NCBI GenBank assembly: GCA_012960465.1
Contig: DUBF01000058.1
Span: 33,627 to 97,626 of the forward strand
Direction: 5' to 3'
From: Rhodospirillales bacterium
GTDB taxonomy: Bacteria > Pseudomonadota > Alphaproteobacteria > Rhodospirillales > UBA2165
DNA length: 64,000 bases
The notes under the pieces are model-generated. The model saw only the letters and a list, made by a program, of their open reading frames with translations. It was not told the origin of the DNA and searched no databases. A program made the translations under genes and the position numbers. Positions 9,665 to 20,364 of the stretch are shown piece by piece. Every line of letters starts with the position of its first letter. Position 1 is the stretch's first letter.

Positions 9665-9757
9665 GTATCCGAGCAGTGTTAAAAATCGAACCCATTTACT
9701 TATGCGGAGTTGGAAAAACTAGTTAATAATTTCAGCTAAATAGAATAAAACCTATAA

Positions 9758-10585
9758 CTAGCAATCAGCCCTACCTAGAAAATTTATCTGATTTAATCGA
9801 GCCTCAATTGAATAGCCCTCGAATTCTTGTAGAATACGTGATACAATTCCATCTGCCCGCATCTCAATATCCAATTCAATATCTGGCGTTTCTTTTTTAC
9901 CATTAATTGGGAAATAAGCCATACGGATTTTCCAATTAGTTATTTTGTCTAATACTTTTAACAAAAGGGGCGAGAGATACTCTCCACCTGACCCAATTCC
10001 AATAACGCCACTTACTTCATAAGGATTATCTAAGGTGGCTCCATCAAACATAATTTTAGTTGTATGTTTCCCACCTTTCCTGGCATATTGTATCAGAGAC
10101 TGGATATGGGTAGTGGGGAAAATTGTTCCTTGCGGTAAAACTATTCCCCCCGGGGTTGGTTTTGTGTATTCAACTAATCCACCAAGTCCAGTACCATCCA
10201 GCTTGGCAATACCAATAATCTCTTCCGTCAATTTCCCATTATTTTCATCTTTTAAGCGAAAGTGAAAAATTAAACCATCTTTGGATTCCCAAGTAGCCAT
10301 AGATCGTATATTTTCAACTTCAGGAAGATTGCCGTATTGAAGACGTAAATAAACTTTACTCTCAACGGACCAGCCATCACACTGATCTTTAAACTCATAC
10401 GTCATGGCCCCACGAGCATTACGCAACCCGCCATTACCATAAGATTCAACTAAATTCATTGTATAAAGAGCGTGGTGAGGAATGAGTGGCGGTTTTAAAT
10501 CCGTTGCTCCCGCAATTGATGAAAAACTATCAATATAAATAATACTAAATATCATAAGAAAACGTGAAAAACACATTAGAGCCAC
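9758..10585 (-). CDS. eipB: DUF1849 / EipB-like periplasmic cell-envelope integrity protein
   Basis: Has a signal peptide and the segment LIPHHALYTM...ARGAMTYEFKDQCDGW. A Cys at position 69 and a C-terminal Cys (..RADC) match the conserved disulfide pair described for Brucella EipB (C69-C278). The ATG at 10576, preceded by AAGGTGG, is an alternative start. Confidence 0.7.
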   Translation of the reverse strand: MALMCFSRFLMIFSIIYIDSFSSIAGATDLKPPLIPHHALYTMNLVESYGNGGLRNARGAMTYEFKDQCDGWSVESKVYLRLQYGNLPEVENIRSMATWESKDGLIFHFRLKDENNGKLTEEIIGIAKLDGTGLGGLVEYTKPTPGGIVLPQGTIFPTTHIQSLIQYARKGGKHTTKIMFDGATLDNPYEVSGVIGIGSGGEYLSPLLLKVLDKITNWKIRMAYFPINGKKETPDIELDIEMRADGIVSRILQEFEGYSIEARLNQINFLGRADC

Positions 10586-10914
10586 CTTACGATTCGATAG
10601 ACATTGAAACCACTTTATACCAAGAATCTATAACCCGCTATGTGCGAGTTTAATTTTTAAAAATCATTCTGACAAACATAAGGCTTCAGACTAATCATGG
10701 GTTTAATTATCTTGAAAATTCGCAATAAACAATCTTGCAGATTGTAAAGACTTTAATTTTATACCGGCGCGCGCAAATTTAACTTGTGCTATAATACCAA
10801 TTCGTTGCTACAGACCATAAACTATAGAGGGTTTATAAAATTATGAGAATTACTATTTAAATAAACCTAACCATTATGCTGTTCAACATCTATTTTACTC
10901 TCCAGAACAATTTT

Positions 10915-11277
10915 TTACCGCTCGAGAATTATTGCATTCTCGAGAGGTGTGTATAAATCAAAACTATAAAACATTTCATTCATATGATACTGAGAGATTT
11001 TATTTTCAATTAATTCTGATGCCTCCGCCATTCTTATAACGTTAAAAAAAGGATCCTGATACTCTTGGCAAACATTCATGCGAGTTACAAATCGATACAA
11101 AGCACAATCTTGGCCAGCGACAAAAGAAAGGCCATGATCGGCCAGTGATTTTTTGGTCGTTATGTAGCTTGCACCGTCAATGGCCCATGATACCGCTGAC
11201 ACACTTACCGGCATCGAGCATCCACCTAAAGAAATTGACAAGTAAATTACAACACCAAACGGTAATATCCGCCACAT
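10915..11277 (-). CDS. small predicted lipoprotein, unknown function
   Basis: 120 aa. N-terminal hydrophobic segment ends in the lipobox LSISLGGC. Confidence 0.55.
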   Translation of the reverse strand: MWRILPFGVVIYLSISLGGCSMPVSVSAVSWAIDGASYITTKKSLADHGLSFVAGQDCALYRFVTRMNVCQEYQDPFFNVIRMAEASELIENKISQYHMNEMFYSFDLYTPLENAIILER

Positions 11278-11527
11278 AATAAACCCCTAATAATCAAATA
11301 TAATTACTCAACTCTTATTTTGCATTCGAAGATTAAAATTTTCCGTTACCACCCGAAGTTACTCCAAACTAAACCGTAATGTGCACGTCTTTATTTTGTT
11401 TAACAATAAGATGATATAGGTGAACTTAAATTTTTTTATATTTGGTGCTGTTGGTAGCGGTAGTTATCTAAATCATCCGCTAGGATAAACAACACAGGTC
11501 TCTCATTTTGAGTCTATTTGAATTTAA

Positions 11528-13327
11528 CTAAAAGGTCTCTTTTTTTGGTAAATCAGGTTTAATATGAAGTTCTTTGTAACGTTCCGATAAAATTTCTAAA
11601 GGAGCCTTCATTAAAAGGTCCTCTGCCTGCTGGGTCATCGGAAATGCTATTACTTCACGTATATTGGGTTCATCAGCCAATAACATCACAATTCTATCGA
11701 TACCAGGAGCAGAGCCACCATGGGGCGGTGCCCCAAACTTAAAAGCATTGAGCAAGCCGCCAAATTGTTCCTCAACATCATTTTGCGAATAACCCGCAAT
11801 TTCAAAGGCTTTGTACATTATTTCTGGACGATGGTTCCTTATTGCCCCGGATGATAGTTCTATACCATTGCAAACAATATCATATTGAAAGGCCAGTACG
11901 TCCAATGGGTCTATTTTCTCAAGTGCCTCCATTCCGCCTTGCGGCATAGAGAAAGGATTGTGACTAAATTCCATCTTACCTGTATCTTCGTCCATCTCAT
12001 ACATCGGATAATCCACAATCCAACAAAATTTAAAAACTCCGTCTTCAAGTAGTTCTAGTTCGGTTCCAATTTTCATCCTGGCTGCTGCTGCAAAAGGAGA
12101 AAATATTTTTGGTTGACCCGCAACAAAGAAAATTGCATCCCCATCAGAAAGGTTCAGCTCCGTTCTAATTTGCTCGGTCCGTTTTGACCCTATATTTTTA
12201 GCTAATGGTCCAGCGCCCTCGTTATCGCGAAAAAAAATATAACCAAGACCAGCTTGGCCTTCCCCTTGCGCCCAAGAATTCATTCGATCACAAAAAGAAC
12301 GCGATCCACCCTTTGGCGCTGGTATAGCCCAAATTTCTACTCCAGGATCTTTCTCAATCATTCCAGCAAAAACTTTAAAGCCGGAACCAGAAAAGATGTG
12401 AGTAGCATTCGTCATTCGGATTGGATTACGAAGATCAGGTTTATCGGATCCATATAATCTCATCGATTCGGCATAAGGGATCCGAGGAAATGGTAAAGAT
12501 GAAATTTCACGGCCATTTGCAAATTCTTGAAAAACACCCTGCAATACTGGTTCAATAGCGTCTAACACATCATCTTGCGTAACATAAGACATCTCTATAT
12601 CAAGTTGATAAAACTCACCCGGCGAACGATCTGCTCTAGCATCTTCATCCCGAAAGCATGGTGCTATTTGAAAGTATTTATCAAATCCAGACACCATCAA
12701 CATCTGTTTAAAAATTTGCGGAGCCTGCGGTAGAGCATAAAATTTACCTGGATGGATGCGGCTCGGTACCAAATAGTCACGAGCTCCTTCTGGTGAAGTT
12801 GTTGTTAAAATTGGGGTTTGCATTTCCATGAAGCCAATTTCGACCATACGACGACGTATCGATGCGATGACATCACTTCTCAATTTAATATTTTTATGAA
12901 CAGCTTCTCTCCGAAGATCTAAAAAACGATAACGTAAACGAATATCCTCCGGGAACTCAGCATCTCCAAATACTTGCATTGGTAGTTCCTGCGCCGGGCT
13001 CTCTACGTTGAGTTCTTCGATTCTAAGTTCAATTTCACCCGTGGGTATATCAGAATTGATTGTCTCCCCAGAGCGCTTTTCTAATAAACCGGTTACAGTA
13101 ATGACACTTTCTGGCCTAGAATTTTCAAGTTCCTTAAATATTTCTCCTTTATTCTCAATTACAAGTTGGGTAATCCCGTAATGATCTCTAAGATCTACAA
13201 AAAGTAAGTTGCCATGATCACGTTTTCGATGGATCCATCCTGAAAGACGCACCGCCTCGCCAGTATTTTGAATAGAAAGTTCACCGCAGGTATGCGTACG
13301 AAAGGGATGTTGGATGGAATTTGTCAT
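11528..13327 (-). CDS. aspS: aspartate--tRNA ligase
   Basis: 599 aa bacterial-type class IIb synthetase. Contains [19 protein letters not shown], and [13 protein letters not shown] (motif 3). Confidence 0.97.
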   Translation of the reverse strand: MTNSIQHPFRTHTCGELSIQNTGEAVRLSGWIHRKRDHGNLLFVDLRDHYGITQLVIENKGEIFKELENSRPESVITVTGLLEKRSGETINSDIPTGEIELRIEELNVESPAQELPMQVFGDAEFPEDIRLRYRFLDLRREAVHKNIKLRSDVIASIRRRMVEIGFMEMQTPILTTTSPEGARDYLVPSRIHPGKFYALPQAPQIFKQMLMVSGFDKYFQIAPCFRDEDARADRSPGEFYQLDIEMSYVTQDDVLDAIEPVLQGVFQEFANGREISSLPFPRIPYAESMRLYGSDKPDLRNPIRMTNATHIFSGSGFKVFAGMIEKDPGVEIWAIPAPKGGSRSFCDRMNSWAQGEGQAGLGYIFFRDNEGAGPLAKNIGSKRTEQIRTELNLSDGDAIFFVAGQPKIFSPFAAAARMKIGTELELLEDGVFKFCWIVDYPMYEMDEDTGKMEFSHNPFSMPQGGMEALEKIDPLDVLAFQYDIVCNGIELSSGAIRNHRPEIMYKAFEIAGYSQNDVEEQFGGLLNAFKFGAPPHGGSAPGIDRIVMLLADEPNIREVIAFPMTQQAEDLLMKAPLEILSERYKELHIKPDLPKKETF

Positions 13328-13637
13328 TTTATCAATCTTATTTCATGAAGAGCAATTACAAACCAAAACAGTGGGGAACACAACTCACCGCTACTTTTCG
13401 CGGCCGTTTTATATCAATAAGAGGAATTTACAAGTATTTTAGCCTAAATTTCTTAACTCTAGCAAATAAATAGGTTTGCGACCCCTCAGCTATATTTGGT
13501 ATACGTAATTTATTAAATATCGGCAACCGCAATAAATCAATTTGAAGCAAAAAATTTTAAGTTTCAAATATAAATACTCTTGCTAACCAGAACTAGAATT
13601 AGTGCCATCTTAAGTGGCGAAAGAAAGGAAAAAAGGT

Positions 13638-14414
13638 ATGAGCTTTAAATATTGCCTATATTCAGATATCCACGGTCAAATCACCCAGCTGGATGCCGTT
13701 GAAGCGAGAGTTGAGTCAGAAAATCCTGATAAAGTGATCGTGATTGGTGATCTTGTAGGTCTAGGACCGGAACCCGAGGTTATAGTTCAAAGAATGATGG
13801 ACCGACCCGAAATTGACCTGATCGTCGGTAACGTTGATCTTTGGGTAACACGTAAAGTTTGGGAAACAACAAAACCAAAAAGCCCACACCAAGAATGGAT
13901 GTTCCGTATGATGGAACAAACCCGGGAGCGCTTAAATGATGAACAAATTCAATGGCTAGACAAAAGACCATTTTCCATGACATACACTCCAGAAATGGGT
14001 CACGATTTTCACGTTTTTCATGGTACCCCGTATGACATTGGCGACTCGGATGCGTTCCCATTTCGCCTAACAGATGATGAAATCTCTGAAAAGCTTATTG
14101 ACTATAATTACGACGTAATGGCACATGGTCATATCCATGGACCCTCTGTTCGAAATATCAAAAACGGTGATAAGGTCAATCAACTTGTTTGTGCTGCTGC
14201 TGTTGGTATGAGTTGGGATGGTGATCCACGCCCCTCATATGCGGTTGTAGAATATATGGGCAATGGAAAATGGGATTGTCGTGTTGAACGTGTTGAGTGT
14301 AATACAGAAGAACAGGCTACCTTTAATGAGAATAGTTGGATAGAGCATGGGGAACGCATTGCCGGTATGATCCGTTCAGGTACATTCTGGAATCCAGATC
14401 ACATGCCTCACTGA
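13638..14414 (+). CDS. metallophosphoesterase family protein
   Basis: Contains YSDIHG, the metal-ligand motifs GDLVGLGPEP and GNVD, and HGHIH. I chose the ATG at 13638, preceded by GAAAGGAAAAAAGG, over the GTG at 13614. Confidence 0.8.
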   Translation: MSFKYCLYSDIHGQITQLDAVEARVESENPDKVIVIGDLVGLGPEPEVIVQRMMDRPEIDLIVGNVDLWVTRKVWETTKPKSPHQEWMFRMMEQTRERLNDEQIQWLDKRPFSMTYTPEMGHDFHVFHGTPYDIGDSDAFPFRLTDDEISEKLIDYNYDVMAHGHIHGPSVRNIKNGDKVNQLVCAAAVGMSWDGDPRPSYAVVEYMGNGKWDCRVERVECNTEEQATFNENSWIEHGERIAGMIRSGTFWNPDHMPH

Positions 14415-14437
14415 TCCTTTATTTATAAAATCATGAA

Positions 14438-14473
14438 GGGGGAGCGTACTTGCTACACTCCCCTTTTTCTTTA
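14438..14473 (+). terminator. rho-independent terminator after the metallophosphoesterase gene
   Basis: The stem GGGGAG(c)GTA / TAC(a)CTCCCC has a 5-nt loop and is followed by TTTTTCTTT. It lies inside the 5' end of the track's long version of the next ORF. Confidence 0.7.
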
Positions 14474-14477
14474 TCTT

Positions 14478-15194
14478 ATGCTTATGGTCTCAGATTGGGA
14501 AGTTCAAATTAAAGCGCAAATTAGACTCCGCTACGCACAACAAGCAGAAAATGAGTCTTGGAAAACCAAAAACCCTAACGAAACAGGCTACCCTATTGAT
14601 CTCATCGAGAACCTACCCCCCGATTTAGTAGCACAGTATTCCGGATGCGGTTACCTATTCAAAGATATTAACTTTGATGGAAGTGAAATGGTCCTTGACC
14701 TTGGCTCAGGAACTGGTTTGGATAGTTATATTGCGTCAACACTTCTTAACACTGGAGAAGTCTTCAGTCTCGATATGACATTTGAAATGCTATCAAACCA
14801 TAATATCCATAACATTAAATCCATCTGCGCCGATATGGAATACCTTCCGATCAGTGACGCTAGTATAGATGTAATTATTGCTAACGCTTCGTTCAATTTA
14901 TCAATTAACAAAGAAAAAGCCCTCAGTGAGGCATTCAGAGTTCTTAAAGATAACGGCCGTTTGATAATGCGAGATATAATTAAAGTTACTGACCTACCTC
15001 TAGAAGTCCTTACAGATCCCCTCTCGTTCAACACATCCTTAGGTGGAGCCCTCGATGAACTGTCTTTAGAATCAAAAATAGGAAAAGCTGGATTCATAGA
15101 TATTGTTATTTCTGATTACCAACCCTTTTCTTATGTTAAATCAGTAAAAATAGAAGCAAAAAAAATCTCAATCAATCCCCCCCCCCAGCCTTAG
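14478..15194 (+). CDS. class I SAM-dependent methyltransferase (ArsM-like architecture)
   Basis: SGCGY precedes the SAM motif VLDLGSGTGLDSY, as in arsenite methyltransferase-type enzymes. I moved the start to the ATG at 14478 (or 14484), downstream of the terminator hairpin. The C-terminus is NPPPQP, encoded by a C10 run. Confidence 0.75.
   Translation: MLMVSDWEVQIKAQIRLRYAQQAENESWKTKNPNETGYPIDLIENLPPDLVAQYSGCGYLFKDINFDGSEMVLDLGSGTGLDSYIASTLLNTGEVFSLDMTFEMLSNHNIHNIKSICADMEYLPISDASIDVIIANASFNLSINKEKALSEAFRVLKDNGRLIMRDIIKVTDLPLEVLTDPLSFNTSLGGALDELSLESKIGKAGFIDIVISDYQPFSYVKSVKIEAKKISINPPPQP
15177..15186. repeat. homopolymeric C10 tract
   Basis: Ten consecutive C residues, counted directly, in an otherwise AT-rich sequence. 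They fall in the last codons of the methyltransferase. Confidence 0.95.
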
Positions 15195-15248
15195 TCGATA
15201 AAATAATTGGGCTTTAGCTTCTTAAAAAAAAACTGTATGACATTTGTT

Positions 15249-16409
15249 ATGTCAATCATTACAGATTCCGCTTCCCTCGCAGAATTCTGCCACCGTTTAT
15301 CTAATTCCGACTATGTAACGGTCGATACAGAATTCATTCGTGAAAAAACTTATTGGCCTCAGCTTTGCTTGGTTCAACTGGCCAACAAAAAAGAAGCAAA
15401 AGTAGTTGATGCAATGGCCGAAAATTTAGATCTGAACCCACTCCTTGATCTAATGGCGAATGAAAGCGTACTCAAAGTTTTTCATGCGGCACGACAAGAC
15501 CTTGAAATATTTTTCAAATTAGCAAAAAAATTACCTAATCCTATTTTTGATACACAAGTAGCCGCTATGGTATGCGGATTTGGTGACTCGGTCGGTTATG
15601 AAACGTTAGTGAATAGTATAGTCAAGGAACCAATTGATAAGTCATCTCGAATTACTGACTGGTCCATCCGACCCTTAACGGAAAAGCAAATTACCTATGC
15701 ATTAGGCGACGTTACACATTTACGGATAATTTATGAAGTATTAAAAGCCAAACTTTCTGAAACAAGGCGTGAAATATGGCTTGAAGAGGAAGTCATCAAA
15801 CTAACGGATGAGAACATTTATATCGCTCCACCACGTGAAGCCTGGCGGCGATTAAAAATACGAAATCCAAAACCTCGCACTTTGGCAATTTTGCAAGAGC
15901 TAGCCGCTTGGCGAGAAACAGAAGCCCAGAAACGCAATCTGCCACGCAATAGAATATTACGGGATGACGCTCTCGTTGAAATCGCTCACCATATTCCAAA
16001 TTCTGTTAATGAACTTGCCCGCACCCGCGGTCTTAGCCAACGTTTCGCAGAGGGCCCTGCTGGGGAGAGTATCCTTAAAGCCGTCGAGACTGGCAAGTAT
16101 CTGCCAGATGAACAGTGTCCTATTTTACCTCGTCGCCTGAACCTCCCGCGTGATATAGGACCTGTCGCTGACCTTCTAAAAGTTCTCCTAAAAATGAAGT
16201 CTACACAAGAGGACGTTGCCCAAAAACTTATTGCTAGTGGAAATGATATAGAAAAAATTGCAGCACATGGAGAAACAGCGGAAGTCCCTGCACTGACTGG
16301 CTGGCGGCGTCAGTTATTTGGCCAGGAAGCACTTAATCTACGTGATGGGAAACTCGCTCTTATTATCAAAGGACAAAAACTGGAAATAGTTGAATTCGAA
16401 GATAACTAA
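15249..16409 (+). CDS. rnd: ribonuclease D
   Basis: Contains the DEDD exonuclease motifs VTVDTEF and YALGDVTHL, followed by an HRDC-like region. The start at 15249 (MSIITDSASLAEFC) matches the usual RNase D N-terminus. 15237 and 15207 are alternatives. Confidence 0.9.
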   Translation: MSIITDSASLAEFCHRLSNSDYVTVDTEFIREKTYWPQLCLVQLANKKEAKVVDAMAENLDLNPLLDLMANESVLKVFHAARQDLEIFFKLAKKLPNPIFDTQVAAMVCGFGDSVGYETLVNSIVKEPIDKSSRITDWSIRPLTEKQITYALGDVTHLRIIYEVLKAKLSETRREIWLEEEVIKLTDENIYIAPPREAWRRLKIRNPKPRTLAILQELAAWRETEAQKRNLPRNRILRDDALVEIAHHIPNSVNELARTRGLSQRFAEGPAGESILKAVETGKYLPDEQCPILPRRLNLPRDIGPVADLLKVLLKMKSTQEDVAQKLIASGNDIEKIAAHGETAEVPALTGWRRQLFGQEALNLRDGKLALIIKGQKLEIVEFEDN

Positions 16410-16419
16410 ATAATTAAAT

Positions 16420-17943
16420 CTACTTAATTTCACCTAATAAATTCAAAGTATCAGCTAATTCGTAAAATAATCGTTCAACCGATTCACTTATCAAATCACG
16501 ATCGGAACCATCAACACTTAACCTCAGTGTTTCATCATAAACTTTTAAATTTACACATGGCAGAACCCCGGGGACGCCGCCTGAAATCAAGTGGGCAAAC
16601 CGCAATGCGACTCCCATCACTCTTGCGCGATGCTGATCTTTTTTGGTCAAAAGATCTCTGACCTGCTGAACTTCATATTGTCTTCGCTTACCATTGTAAC
16701 GGACATAAACGGTTAAAGCTAACATGATGCGTTGTCGATGACTTATTCCTGAAATTGGCAACCGTAGAACACGCATAAAGGAGTGTATTGCTCGATAGTC
16801 AGGGTGTTCGGTCCAACCAATATCACTCAGCAGTATACCAGCATGAAATATACGATAGAAATTTCTCGCTTCCTCCAAAAACAGTGGGGCTAACCATGAA
16901 ACTATCTCCTCCCCATGTATTGAAAAACGACCTGATCTGATTGCAAATCCTTCGCAAGCACTAATCAACGGATCTTCTTCTTTCATTTTCTTAGTTAAAT
17001 GTTCATAAAAAATACCTTCGCGTAGCCCATAACCAGAAAAAATTAATTCTTTCGGCTGACATAATTGAATAAGGTTATTAAGTACTAAAGCCGCATAAGG
17101 CAGGGTATCAGCACGTCGACGCGTGACATCACCCATTTTTGCTAAAGACCGTGCGCTAAGCCCACCAATTAAACTTGTGAAACTCAATGCTTCGTTATAT
17201 TCAATCGTAAAATTATCTATAACATGGAGTGGGTACTTTGTCTGCTCAATATACAATCGAGCAATAGTCCGGCATGCTCCGCCTATAGCATAAAGGGAAC
17301 GCCCCGGAGTGGAGCCTAGCCAAGAAAGCGAATTAAAGTTATTAGCGATTAAATCTTTAGCCCTTTTTAGGTTACGATTTGAATCTTCACCAACCCTTAA
17401 ATGACCAAGAGGCAAAGTATCGCTCTCTCCAAAAGTGCCTTTCTCAAAAGATATAAGATCGAGACTACCACCACCCAGATCACCGGCAACACCTTGTGCC
17501 TCTGGAGATCCACCAAGGATACCCATAGCTCCTAATCGGGCCTCTTCAACTCCGGATAGAACCTTCACAGAATGGCCAAACCTCCGTTTGACCTCCTCGA
17601 CAAACATAGTGCCATTGTTTGCTTCCCGAACAGCAGCTGTAGCAACTAATACAAAATGTTCAACCTGCATTTCACGTGCCAGACGGGTGAAGCGACCAAG
17701 TGTCCGGATGGCCAAATCCGCACCACTAGGATTGAGTTGGCCGGTCAGGCCTAGACCTTTGCCCAATCCACATGTAATGCGTTCATTAAATATCGGTACA
17801 GGTAATCTTGCCGGAGCATCAAATACCACGAGCCGTATAGTATTAGACCCAATATCCACAATACCAATCCGATTATCCCCCGAAACTTGTATATTTTTAG
17901 TATCACCGGATTTTGAAGTTCTATTAAAAAAAGCACCTGCCAT
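16420..17943 (-). CDS. ppx: exopolyphosphatase (Ppx/GppA family)
   Basis: 507 aa. N-terminal ASKHA-fold motifs are VDIGSNTIRLVVF and DLGGGSLD. Lies directly downstream of ppk. Confidence 0.9.
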   Translation of the reverse strand: MAGAFFNRTSKSGDTKNIQVSGDNRIGIVDIGSNTIRLVVFDAPARLPVPIFNERITCGLGKGLGLTGQLNPSGADLAIRTLGRFTRLAREMQVEHFVLVATAAVREANNGTMFVEEVKRRFGHSVKVLSGVEEARLGAMGILGGSPEAQGVAGDLGGGSLDLISFEKGTFGESDTLPLGHLRVGEDSNRNLKRAKDLIANNFNSLSWLGSTPGRSLYAIGGACRTIARLYIEQTKYPLHVIDNFTIEYNEALSFTSLIGGLSARSLAKMGDVTRRRADTLPYAALVLNNLIQLCQPKELIFSGYGLREGIFYEHLTKKMKEEDPLISACEGFAIRSGRFSIHGEEIVSWLAPLFLEEARNFYRIFHAGILLSDIGWTEHPDYRAIHSFMRVLRLPISGISHRQRIMLALTVYVRYNGKRRQYEVQQVRDLLTKKDQHRARVMGVALRFAHLISGGVPGVLPCVNLKVYDETLRLSVDGSDRDLISESVERLFYELADTLNLLGEIK

Positions 17944-17971
17944 TATATGTACAGACCTTATTGAATGATAT

Positions 17972-20122
17972 TTAATCAGATCTATCTGATACTAGGTGCG
18001 GCATCAGTGGTCGTTTGTCTTCTATAGTACTACCGCGTCCGGACAAACTAGGATTGGTCATAAAATACGTATGCGCACTGAAATTACCACTTTCATAATC
18101 CAATTTATCATAAGTGCCATCAGAAGCCATAGTCCAACTTTGTTGTACATCCGTTAAATTAGCAATCATAACCTGCTCCAAAATTTGCTGGTGAACCGTT
18201 GGGTTCTCAATTGGCACCAAAACTTCAACACGCCAATTTAGATTTCGAGGCATCCAATCAGCTGACGAGATAAATACTTTTGCATTTGGTGAGGGCAATT
18301 CCGAGCCGTTACCAAATACTACTATACGGGAGTGTTCAAGAAATCTGCCAATAATGCTTTTAACCCGAATATTCATAGACAGGCCAGGAACACCGGGCCT
18401 TAAACAGCAAATACCTCGAACAATCAATTCAATACTGACCCCGGCATTAGAGGCTCGATAAAGCGCATCAATAATTATTGGATCTACAATGGCATTTAAC
18501 TTAATCCAAATCGTTGCAGGTTTTCCATTTTCTACAAACTGAATCTCTTTCTCGATAAGTCCTAGAATACGATCTCGCAAATTTAATGGTGATACAGATA
18601 ATTTTTTTAAACCTTTTGGCTCTGTATAACCGGTCATAAAATTGAAGATCTGAGCGGCATCGTGACACAACTCTGGCTCACAGGTAAAGAAAGAGAGATC
18701 TGTATAAATCTTAGCAGTTTGTGGGTGGTAATTACCTGTCCCAAAATGCGCATAAGACCTTAGGATATCGCCTTCTCGGCGCACAACAAGACTAATTTTA
18801 GCATGAGTTTTTTTGTCAATAAAACCAAATACAACATTCGCTCCTGCCCTCTCTAAATCTCGAGCCCATTTAATATTAGCTTCTTCATCAAATCTCGCTT
18901 TTAGTTCCACCATCGCTGTCACAGATTTACCAGCTTCGGCAGCCTGAACAAGAGCTGCTACCGTAGGGGAATCATTGCTGGTTCGATAAAGCGTCTGCTT
19001 GACAGCAACCACATCTGGATCTTGGGCTGCCTGACGGATAAATTGGACAACAACGTCGAAACTTTCATACGGATGATGCACTACAAAGTCTTTGGCCCGA
19101 ATTGCCTTAAAACAATCACCATCTAATTCACGTACTCGTTCTGTTAAACGTGGTTCATAAGCAGTAAATTTCAAATCCTTACGTTCAATTTGAAATAACT
19201 CACCAGTATCTGAAAGACCAAGCAAACCGTCATGTCTAACCACATCAAACTGATCAACTCCGACCTCGTCAACAATCATTTGGCATAGATCTTCAGGAAC
19301 GTCAGAACTTAACGAAAGTCTGATAACAGAACCCTGAATACGTTGTTTGAGTGCCGATTGATAGGTACGCATAAGATCCTCGGCTTCTTCATCAATTTCA
19401 ACTTCTGTATCACGTATAATACGAAACCATGCAGTCTGTTCGACCTCAAAATCTGGAAATATATTAGCAAGAAATAAATTAATTATATTTTCCACTAAAA
19501 TAAGTTTAATTTCCTTACCAGGGAATTTAACAAAACGATCGAGCATCTGCGGGAAAGGAATAAGCGCACGCATAATCTGGCCGTCATTGATCCGACGTAA
19601 TTTAAGGATCATTGAAAACCCTAGATTCGGTATAAATGGAAAAGGATGGGCGGAATCTATCGCTAAAGGTGTCAAAATCGGAAATACCTGCTCATCGAAA
19701 TACTTTGTCAGCCATATTTTTTCTTCATCTAGAAGATCTTTTTCTTCTAAAATTTTAATGCCAGCATTCTTCATTTCTGACCTAAGATTGCGCCAACACT
19801 GCTGCTGCTGCTTCATCAATTGGTTAGCTTCCTCTCGGATAAAAACCATTTGTTGCAAAGGAGTTAATCCGTCCTCGCTGAGTAGAGCTACGTCTGCATC
19901 AACTTGGCCTCTCAAACCCGCAATCCGCACCATATAAAACTCGTCTAGGTTAGAAGCAGAAATCGAGAGATAATTTACGCGCTCCAAAATAGGAGCAGTT
20001 TCGTTGTCAGCTTCTTCCAAAACCCGAGCATTGAACGCCAGCCACGAAAGCTCTCGATTTATAAATCGATCCGTTGATTGTAATTCCAATTCTGCTATAT
20101 CATCAGAGGCAAATTTTGACAC
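17972..20122 (-). CDS. ppk: polyphosphate kinase 1
   Basis: 716 aa. Begins FINRELSWLAFNARVLEEA, has the phospho-His region HAKISLVVRRE, and two PLD-like C-terminal domains (RFLEHSR). Confidence 0.97.
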   Translation of the reverse strand: MSKFASDDIAELELQSTDRFINRELSWLAFNARVLEEADNETAPILERVNYLSISASNLDEFYMVRIAGLRGQVDADVALLSEDGLTPLQQMVFIREEANQLMKQQQQCWRNLRSEMKNAGIKILEEKDLLDEEKIWLTKYFDEQVFPILTPLAIDSAHPFPFIPNLGFSMILKLRRINDGQIMRALIPFPQMLDRFVKFPGKEIKLILVENIINLFLANIFPDFEVEQTAWFRIIRDTEVEIDEEAEDLMRTYQSALKQRIQGSVIRLSLSSDVPEDLCQMIVDEVGVDQFDVVRHDGLLGLSDTGELFQIERKDLKFTAYEPRLTERVRELDGDCFKAIRAKDFVVHHPYESFDVVVQFIRQAAQDPDVVAVKQTLYRTSNDSPTVAALVQAAEAGKSVTAMVELKARFDEEANIKWARDLERAGANVVFGFIDKKTHAKISLVVRREGDILRSYAHFGTGNYHPQTAKIYTDLSFFTCEPELCHDAAQIFNFMTGYTEPKGLKKLSVSPLNLRDRILGLIEKEIQFVENGKPATIWIKLNAIVDPIIIDALYRASNAGVSIELIVRGICCLRPGVPGLSMNIRVKSIIGRFLEHSRIVVFGNGSELPSPNAKVFISSADWMPRNLNWRVEVLVPIENPTVHQQILEQVMIANLTDVQQSWTMASDGTYDKLDYESGNFSAHTYFMTNPSLSGRGSTIEDKRPLMPHLVSDRSD

Positions 20123-20364
20123 TTTCCCTACCTAATAATCGTTTTTTATTGTTTATATAGAGCCTAATATATATTTTGATTAAATAGCTATTATACCAGT
20201 GACTGAAGACTGTATTTAATGTAAATATCATAAAGTAAATACTTTAATTGACGCAACGACAACCTTGCAGATTATATTGATTTCTTTAAGTCACTAAGTA
20301 TTATAGAAAAAACATACTGATAATCACTACAAAATATAGATCGATAAGAAATTAAATAGAATTA

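Noticed and set aside
9686-9693. TCGAACCC string reminiscent of a tRNA T-arm
   Set aside because: It has no preceding GGT, no matching acceptor stem and no cloverleaf in the flanks. I found no tRNA-like structure in any intergenic region.
10730-10744. Palindrome CAATCT-TGC-AGATTG, and the shared 10-mer CTTGCAGATT also present at 20264-20273 upstream of ppk
   Set aside because: There are only two copies, both short. The second copy lacks the palindromic partner arm. No common downstream gene function or regulator suggests a regulon.
10921-10944. Perfect 9-bp inverted repeat with two XhoI sites at the end of the lipoprotein CDS, considered as a terminator
   Set aside because: On the coding (minus) strand the hairpin is followed by an A-run, not a U-run. 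On the plus strand the T-run precedes it. So it is not a canonical intrinsic terminator in either direction. I noted it only within the EipB/lipoprotein finding.
11444-11454. GGTGCTGTTGG, loosely reminiscent of the 5' end of SRP (4.5S) RNA
   Set aside because: The conserved domain IV sequence (GGAAGGAAGCAGC-like) is absent nearby, and the flanks do not fold into a long hairpin.
17435-17968. 177-aa plus-strand ORF rich in Pro/Ser/Arg
   Set aside because: It is antisense to ppx, whose translation has unambiguous Ppx/GppA motifs. The composition is typical of a shadow frame. The same reasoning applies to other long internal or antisense ORFs in the track: 1331-1963, 22954-23430, 30167-30583, 30959-31345, 36637-36972, 45230-45628, 47182-47685, 53193-53654, 60132-60993 and 62336-62998.
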